64,000 bases of DNA from the IMG/VR virus record IMGVR_UViG_3300018915_000003; one strand, written 5' to 3'. Of the stretch, positions 58,855 to 64,000 are shown in pieces; positions within the stretch are counted from its first letter, which is position 1, and each line of letters opens with the position of its first letter. The translations under genes were made by a program, and so were the position numbers. The notes beneath the pieces are model-generated. The model did not search any database, had not been told where the DNA came from, and saw nothing but the letters and a program-made list of their open reading frames with translations. The stretch is from an uncultured virus (IMG/VR IMGVR_UViG_3300018915_000003). Lineage: Duplodnaviria; Heunggongvirae; Uroviricota; Caudoviricetes.

Positions 58855-59116
58855 GGATATTAATACACACTGATATATACCTCCTCCATTAAAAACGAGT
58901 ATACATTATGAAGCTCACATGGAAAGTTTTCTGCCCTTTGAGGGACTGTCCCTTCCCCAGAGGCTGCAAGCCAACCTATTACACTAACCCTATAGAAGCG
59001 ACTGTTGCAGTCGTGAGTCACAAGGTTATAGCTGGACATCATGCAGAGATGGGTGTTGTGGAAGCTCAGGACGAGAATTAATTAAAATTAAAAATTAAAA
59101 AAGAAGGAGGAGAGGG

Positions 59117-60088
59117 TTAAGAGGTATATTTACCCTTGAACCATGCGAAGAAGCTCTTTGCCTCTGCGACGTCTGTGCCTCCTATCCACATGCCCGCGCC
59201 CACGGTGTTCCCTGGTGCTGGCTTTGCCATTGATGCTGCAATTGCGTCTCTCATCGTTTGTTGAACTGTTTTGCCTGTTGAGGCTCCCTGTGATGGAGAT
59301 ATCTGTGAGGTTACCATGATGCCAGGTTTTGCTGCCTTCAGTGGTTTAACGACGCCCTCGGTAAAGTTAGCATATTCTGCTGGAGTTGTGTCCTGTATTG
59401 ACTGCGCCTGTATGTGGTAGTAGTCGACCAGTCTGGCAACATCATCAATCAATCCTGTCCTTATGAACGAGGTTGAGTTTGGTTTGCCAGGTGTTACTCT
59501 GAACATCATGCCCTGTGCATGTACTGCGTCAGCTGCCTGTCTCACCTTCTCCAGGTTGCTCTTGGCGGCAGAGTCATCGTTGGGGCCGTCGAATGCATTC
59601 TCAAGATTGTACTCAACAAAGTCGAAGCCCAGTTGTTTGAACTTGGCTGCATTTGCTGATATCATGTTGTAGAATCCAACAGAGATACCGACCTTCAGAC
59701 CTGGGATCTTTGCTCTGTAATTGTTGAACAGGTGTGTGACCCTCGCTTGATCATAATCATTTGGATACTCTGTGCATCTGTATCTTATCTGGTCTGTACT
59801 GTCCAGGTTGCCCTGTGCTATTTGGTCAAAGTCCGCATTGGATAACCAATTTGCATGCATGATGAGCGCTACTGATCCTCCGCTTGTGGGAGTTGTTGTT
59901 GGTGCAGGCGCTGGAGCGGGTGCTGGTGGTATTGGGGTTGGTGCAGGCGCTGGAGCGGGTGCTGGTGGTATTGGGGTTGGTGCAGGAGCAGGAGCTACTA
60001 CTGCTACTACTTCCTCAAATTCCTTCCATGTCAGACCACCATCTCGTGATATTCTAAGTTTTTCTTTTGGAGTTGTCGGTGTACTCAT
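59117..60088 (-). CDS. TIM-barrel glycoside-hydrolase-like protein with Pro/Ala linker
   Basis: GFDFVEYNLE...VDYYHIQAQ, paralogous to two domains of the tail-tip protein; 39-bp tandem repeat at 59898-59975. Confidence 0.65.
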   Translation of the reverse strand: MSTPTTPKEKLRISRDGGLTWKEFEEVVAVVAPAPAPTPIPPAPAPAPAPTPIPPAPAPAPAPTTTPTSGGSVALIMHANWLSNADFDQIAQGNLDSTDQIRYRCTEYPNDYDQARVTHLFNNYRAKIPGLKVGISVGFYNMISANAAKFKQLGFDFVEYNLENAFDGPNDDSAAKSNLEKVRQAADAVHAQGMMFRVTPGKPNSTSFIRTGLIDDVARLVDYYHIQAQSIQDTTPAEYANFTEGVVKPLKAAKPGIMVTSQISPSQGASTGKTVQQTMRDAIAASMAKPAPGNTVGAGMWIGGTDVAEAKSFFAWFKGKYTS

Positions 60089-60208
60089 TTATTATTACTA
60101 GTGGTGCTTCCTGGGTATCCTTGATAAACTTATCGTCATACTCCAAAAATGGTGAAAAATAGAAAAAGGAAAAAGAAAAAGACTTAGTCAGTTAGTCAGT
60201 CGGTTGTT

Positions 60209-61456
60209 TTAGAGTGTTGGTTCTGCGCCGTCCTCCTCGCTTGAGCTTTCTTCCTCATTGTTTGATTCTTCTTCTTCACTTGATTCTTCTTCACTTGTTG
60301 ACTCTTCTTCTACTTCTTCCTCTACCTGCTCTTCTATTTCCTCTTCAGTCTGCTCTTCTACTTCTTCCTCTACCTGCTCTTCTAGTTGTTGTTGCTGCTC
60401 TTCTTCTTGTTGCTGTTGTTGTTCAGTCGAAGGGGGCACGTAGTTTGGATTTATCAGTGGTGATTTAGGCTCACATACGATAGTGCCATCTGTGTTAACT
60501 TCACAATCTTCTCCTGGTTGTTCTATGAATCTCTGATTAGATGGGACTGGTGCTGGTTGTGTTGTTGCTGTTGTGTTGTCTGCTGGATTCGTTGATGGTG
60601 TTTCTGTCGCTGGTGTTGGTGTTGTTGTAGTGGCGTTTGTTCCTGCTCCCGGAGTTGTGGCTGTGTTGTTATTGTTGCCGCCTATTGGTGCTGTAGTGTT
60701 GCCGTTGTTTGTGCTGTTAGTGCCTGGGTTGGTTGTGTTTCCATTATTGGTGCCGTTGTTGATTGGGCCGTTGGTGCCGTTGTTGTTGGTTGGTGGAGTG
60801 ATTATGGTCACGTTGTTGTTGATGTTGTTGGTGATGTCTACATTGATGAAGGTCTTGATGATGTTATTGATTTCGACTGAGGTGTATTGCTTCACTACTT
60901 TGTTCTGGTTGATGCCGTCGTCTCCATCATCCATACATGTGATGCCTACAGAGATGGCCTGTCTTTCAGTGCCATAATTCATGGCTGCGACTAGATAGAA
61001 GACTCTGTCTGCTGTTGGGTCGCCTGCTACTATCTCGGTGAATGGCATGACATTCTGACCTAACTGCTTCATTGGTGTGAGTGGTATTTCACCTGGGAGA
61101 CAATCTGCGAACAGAACTGCTACTCCTTTGTTAGGTGCAATGAATCCTACATCTGACCATCTTGGGGTTATCTTGTCAGCTGCTATGGATTGTACTGATT
61201 CAAGTGACTGCTTGGCTGTCTGCTGTGTTGCTACCATCGCATTCTTTTCAATTTGCTCTTCGGCCGTTAACTGTGGTGGGGCTGCCGTACCTGTTCCTGT
61301 TGCTTCTTGCTGTTGTTGCGCAAAGCTAAGTGGTATGGTCAAGGGCGCTATGACTAATAAAATGACTGCTGCTATCGCCGTCATCGTCATGATTGCCGCC
61401 TTCTTTTGATTTCCGTTCGTTCTTATCACATTATTCATTATACCAATAACATGCAT
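60209..61456 (-). CDS. secreted/surface protein with Asn/Thr- and Glu-rich low-complexity regions
   Basis: Signal-like hydrophobic N-terminus; many NxT sequons. Confidence 0.7.
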   Translation of the reverse strand: MHVIGIMNNVIRTNGNQKKAAIMTMTAIAAVILLVIAPLTIPLSFAQQQQEATGTGTAAPPQLTAEEQIEKNAMVATQQTAKQSLESVQSIAADKITPRWSDVGFIAPNKGVAVLFADCLPGEIPLTPMKQLGQNVMPFTEIVAGDPTADRVFYLVAAMNYGTERQAISVGITCMDDGDDGINQNKVVKQYTSVEINNIIKTFINVDITNNINNNVTIITPPTNNNGTNGPINNGTNNGNTTNPGTNSTNNGNTTAPIGGNNNNTATTPGAGTNATTTTPTPATETPSTNPADNTTATTQPAPVPSNQRFIEQPGEDCEVNTDGTIVCEPKSPLINPNYVPPSTEQQQQQEEEQQQQLEEQVEEEVEEQTEEEIEEQVEEEVEEESTSEEESSEEEESNNEEESSSEEDGAEPTL

Positions 61457-61557
61457 ACGTCGCTATATATGTGTATCTATCTGCATACCTATATATATGT
61501 GGCTCTATAAGATTGTGTAGGTTGAATTATCTGAAAGGACAGTGATGATATTACTAA

Positions 61558-62034
61558 TTGAGAAGCCCAGCCAGCACCGTCAGAATCTGTTACCACTGCG
61601 GGAGAGATATCCACTTCGACCCCAGCGTCAAGTCCAGGAGCGGTAAATCAATACCACTGTCTGGCAGGGTTGGGACGCGCAAACATGATTGTACTGCCAG
61701 GCCGTTTTTCAACAAGAAACAAAAACGTCAGCCACGGCAGAAGAAAGAAGGCAAGAATAGGATGGAACAGGAGAGGGATAGGGTGAACGACCTGCTTCAG
61801 GAGATGATGCGACGGCAACAGTTCAGGAGGTTGGCCAGTGAGTTGGCTTTGCTTGGTCTGCCACAGTCCTGCACAGATGTGAACGAGGTGAAGAAGGCTT
61901 ATCGCAAACTTGCGTTGATGTATCATCCTGACCGTAGCCGTGACCCATCAACGAAGGATAAATTTGTACAGATACAACAGGCTTATGAAAAATGTGTTAG
62001 AGCCTTTGATAATGATAAAAAGAGAAAAGAGTGA
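61558..62034 (+). CDS. Zn-finger plus J-domain (DnaJ-like) protein
   Basis: LLGL...EVKKAYRKLALMYHPDR...F..IQQAYE; N-terminal CYHC...HDC. Confidence 0.88.
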   Translation: MRSPASTVRICYHCGRDIHFDPSVKSRSGKSIPLSGRVGTRKHDCTARPFFNKKQKRQPRQKKEGKNRMEQERDRVNDLLQEMMRRQQFRRLASELALLGLPQSCTDVNEVKKAYRKLALMYHPDRSRDPSTKDKFVQIQQAYEKCVRAFDNDKKRKE

Positions 62035-62068
62035 GGGAAATAACTCCCTTGGGTTTTGTTTCTTATGC

Positions 62069-63379
62069 TTATGGGTTGATTCCGGTTAGGTTATAGACTC
62101 GGCTTGGGTCTGCGATGATGCAACGATTCCAATCTCTGGTGATGTATCCGTCAGCGCCACGACCTTCTTGTCTATATGTTCCAGTTCTTACTGGGCCTTG
62201 TCCAAAGATAACCGCCCTTCTGTCGAAGACAGTCACAACGTCGTCGCTCTTGAGGTTGTCAAGTGCCCATGTCATGCCTGGCATTGTTGGGGGGTTCTGG
62301 ATGAGTTTGGTTCCAGTTGTGACGTTAGCTGCTGGAGCGGTCAATCCTGCTATCTTGCCGTTCGATAGGAACTTGCGGAAGACAGATGAGTGACTTGCTA
62401 CAACGTCAGCTTCGCCCTGGTTCTCGTTGATGAGGTCTATAAGGACACCTAGTTCAGCGCTTGGGTCAGTTGCATAGTGGAATCCACCAGTGTCAATTGC
62501 ACCCCAGTCAGAACCTGGTTCCTGTGGAGCTGCTTCGAGAGCGATTGCGATCTTTAGGTTGTGCGTTCTGCGGAACTCATTTTGTGCGTGCTGAATGTGC
62601 TCAGCCATCAAATCTCTATCCGAGCGGTAAATTGCCTCGTCCGTGATAAGCACGTGTGCGACGTCTTTGCCCATCAAGTACTCTTGTCTGACATAGCGAC
62701 CTTTCTGTGGGAGTGGCTCAACGCCTTCAGGGACGTCTCTGCTGATTCCGAATCCTGACCAGCTATCGATAGATAGTGATAGTCCCGGAGTCTGAGCACG
62801 AGATACGACCTGCTCTAGTGAGTAGACACGTGTGTCTCTTCCCATTGTCTCGGCCAATATTTGGACAAGGTGGATTGTTGGGTTGTCGTCTGAGGTGATT
62901 GTACCTGCTGCGGCTGTCTTGATGTTGCTTCCAATGAAGTCGCCCTCTCTGCTGACCTTAAGGATGCGTTCTGCTTCCTTTCTGTATTCAGGCATCCAGG
63001 GGTCTCTGTGCATTGCCAAAGCGTCGGTTGTCGAGCCAGTCTTGAGAGCTTGTTTTTGCTTTCTGTAGATGCTGACATCGTATACCTTGTTTGCTCTGAT
63101 GAATGCTGGAGGTCTGTTTATTCCGCGTTCGTTGGTGTAGATGCCATCAGTCTCTGGGTCATACCACACACCGCTGCCATAGAAGTTGTTGTACCTTCTG
63201 ACCTTGTCTTCAACAAGGGCATCGAGGTTACCTTCGAAGGTAGCGTATGGGTTTACACCCTGAGCTATGCCCCCAACGTATGATCTCTGGGGGTTGGCCA
63301 TCATGTGTTGCTGTGCGCTCGCTGTGAAAAACCGCATATTCGCATATGGGTTGTCGTTAGTGATATTGTTCTGCGACAT
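62069..63379 (-). CDS. major capsid protein (HK97 fold)
   Basis: VPEG...K......ITDEAI..S..D....I pattern, 436 aa, upstream of neck and tail genes. Confidence 0.85.
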   Translation of the reverse strand: MSQNNITNDNPYANMRFFTASAQQHMMANPQRSYVGGIAQGVNPYATFEGNLDALVEDKVRRYNNFYGSGVWYDPETDGIYTNERGINRPPAFIRANKVYDVSIYRKQKQALKTGSTTDALAMHRDPWMPEYRKEAERILKVSREGDFIGSNIKTAAAGTITSDDNPTIHLVQILAETMGRDTRVYSLEQVVSRAQTPGLSLSIDSWSGFGISRDVPEGVEPLPQKGRYVRQEYLMGKDVAHVLITDEAIYRSDRDLMAEHIQHAQNEFRRTHNLKIAIALEAAPQEPGSDWGAIDTGGFHYATDPSAELGVLIDLINENQGEADVVASHSSVFRKFLSNGKIAGLTAPAANVTTGTKLIQNPPTMPGMTWALDNLKSDDVVTVFDRRAVIFGQGPVRTGTYRQEGRGADGYITRDWNRCIIADPSRVYNLTGINP

Positions 63380-63380
63380 C

Positions 63381-63848
63381 TTATGAACTCACTCCGAATC
63401 CCAAGTCCATGATAACTACGGTGCCTATTGGTACTGTAACCGGTGCACCTGTGCCATCTCTTGTGTTTGACAGTCCTACACCCATGTAGTTGCCTATTGA
63501 ACCTGCTGCGTCTGGGTCGCCTTCTGCTACCTGTCCCGCTACTGTTGCGGAAGGTATGACTTTCCTGTTGCGCCTCATGACGGTTGAGGATACGACTGTT
63601 ACTGGGCCTTTGACTACAAGTTCGAGGTCTGCTTGGTCATCTGTTGCTGCTTTGACTGTGACTGCGAATTTGCCTGGTACTGCTGCTCCTGCTGGTGCGA
63701 TGACATAGAAGCCTGTGCCATCATCAAACCTTACAAGGCTGCCTTTTGGTATTGCTGTTCCTGGGCCAGTTGCCTTGAATCCTTTTTCGTTCTTGGATTC
63801 TGGGAACCATGTACCCGCGTAATCAGCTGTGTAAACTGGTGCCGGCAT
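63381..63848 (-). CDS. capsid decoration/cement protein
   Basis: Small Gly/Ala/Val-rich protein (AIPKGSLV...VKGPV.V) directly upstream of the capsid gene. Confidence 0.65.
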   Translation of the reverse strand: MPAPVYTADYAGTWFPESKNEKGFKATGPGTAIPKGSLVRFDDGTGFYVIAPAGAAVPGKFAVTVKAATDDQADLELVVKGPVTVVSSTVMRRNRKVIPSATVAGQVAEGDPDAAGSIGNYMGVGLSNTRDGTGAPVTVPIGTVVIMDLGFGVSS

Positions 63849-63849
63849 T

Positions 63850-64000
63850 TTATAGCTCTACCCCCTTGTCTCCCAACAGTTCCAGGGCTGCCCGGATACC
63901 GAATGGGATCTTCTCTTCCTCTGAATTGTGTGGAGCTGCGACGCTTGCCTTGACCAATTTGCCGCTCTGGTAGTTGCCAGATCCGCCAAATGGCATGACT
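63850..64000 (-). CDS. 3' end of a gene upstream of the decoration protein (possible scaffold/protease), partial
   Basis: Open frame ...IPFGIRAALELLGDKGVEL* ending next to the following ATG; function from position only. Confidence 0.5.
   Translation of the reverse strand, partial: VMPFGGSGNYQSGKLVKASVAAPHNSEEEKIPFGIRAALELLGDKGVEL

Noticed and set aside
58910..59068. Group I intron (AAGGTTATAG resembles the S element)
   Set aside because: Too short, no convincing P7 partner and no interrupted host gene.
3133..64000. Tas/Nop-domain effector gene inside the window
   Set aside because: No ORF shows recognisable Nop or IS110-like motifs; if present it is probably beyond the left edge. A remote homolog cannot be excluded without a profile search.
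1..64000. Self-targeting by array spacers
   Set aside because: A reliable paired 8-10-nt search cannot be done by eye; no match is claimed.

Overview
The whole window reads as part of a large tailed dsDNA virus (Caudoviricetes, siphovirus-like) of an archaeon, most likely a soil ammonia-oxidising Nitrososphaerota host. The host call rests on an Hjc-like resolvase, TATA-type promoters, RHH/wHTH regulators, many micro Zn-finger ORFs and a tRNA-Trp with a bulge-helix-bulge intron. A minus-strand morphogenesis module runs from the right edge: HK97-type major capsid, decoration protein, adaptor, terminator, tail tube, tail-assembly chaperones, a 2867-aa tape measure, a >2000-aa tail-tip protein and glycan-binding/degrading proteins. 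It is interspersed with accessory genes (prolyl 4-hydroxylase, metacaspase, J-domain protein, four HNH-type genes). The stand-out signal is bases 1-3119, a non-coding array alternating GCGAGCC-N10-GAGAACC-N10 (34-nt unit, roughly 90 units, running off the left edge). It has the architecture of a TIGR dual-repeat guide-RNA array with a shortened unit; no Tas/Nop-domain gene is recognisable inside the window. Other highlights are a cluster of odd tRNA-like genes including a circularly permuted one, a -1 chaperone frameshift with a hard-wired fused paralog, and a shared hairpin-promoter architecture in front of all HNH genes. All calls come from reading the sequence by eye; no searches were run.
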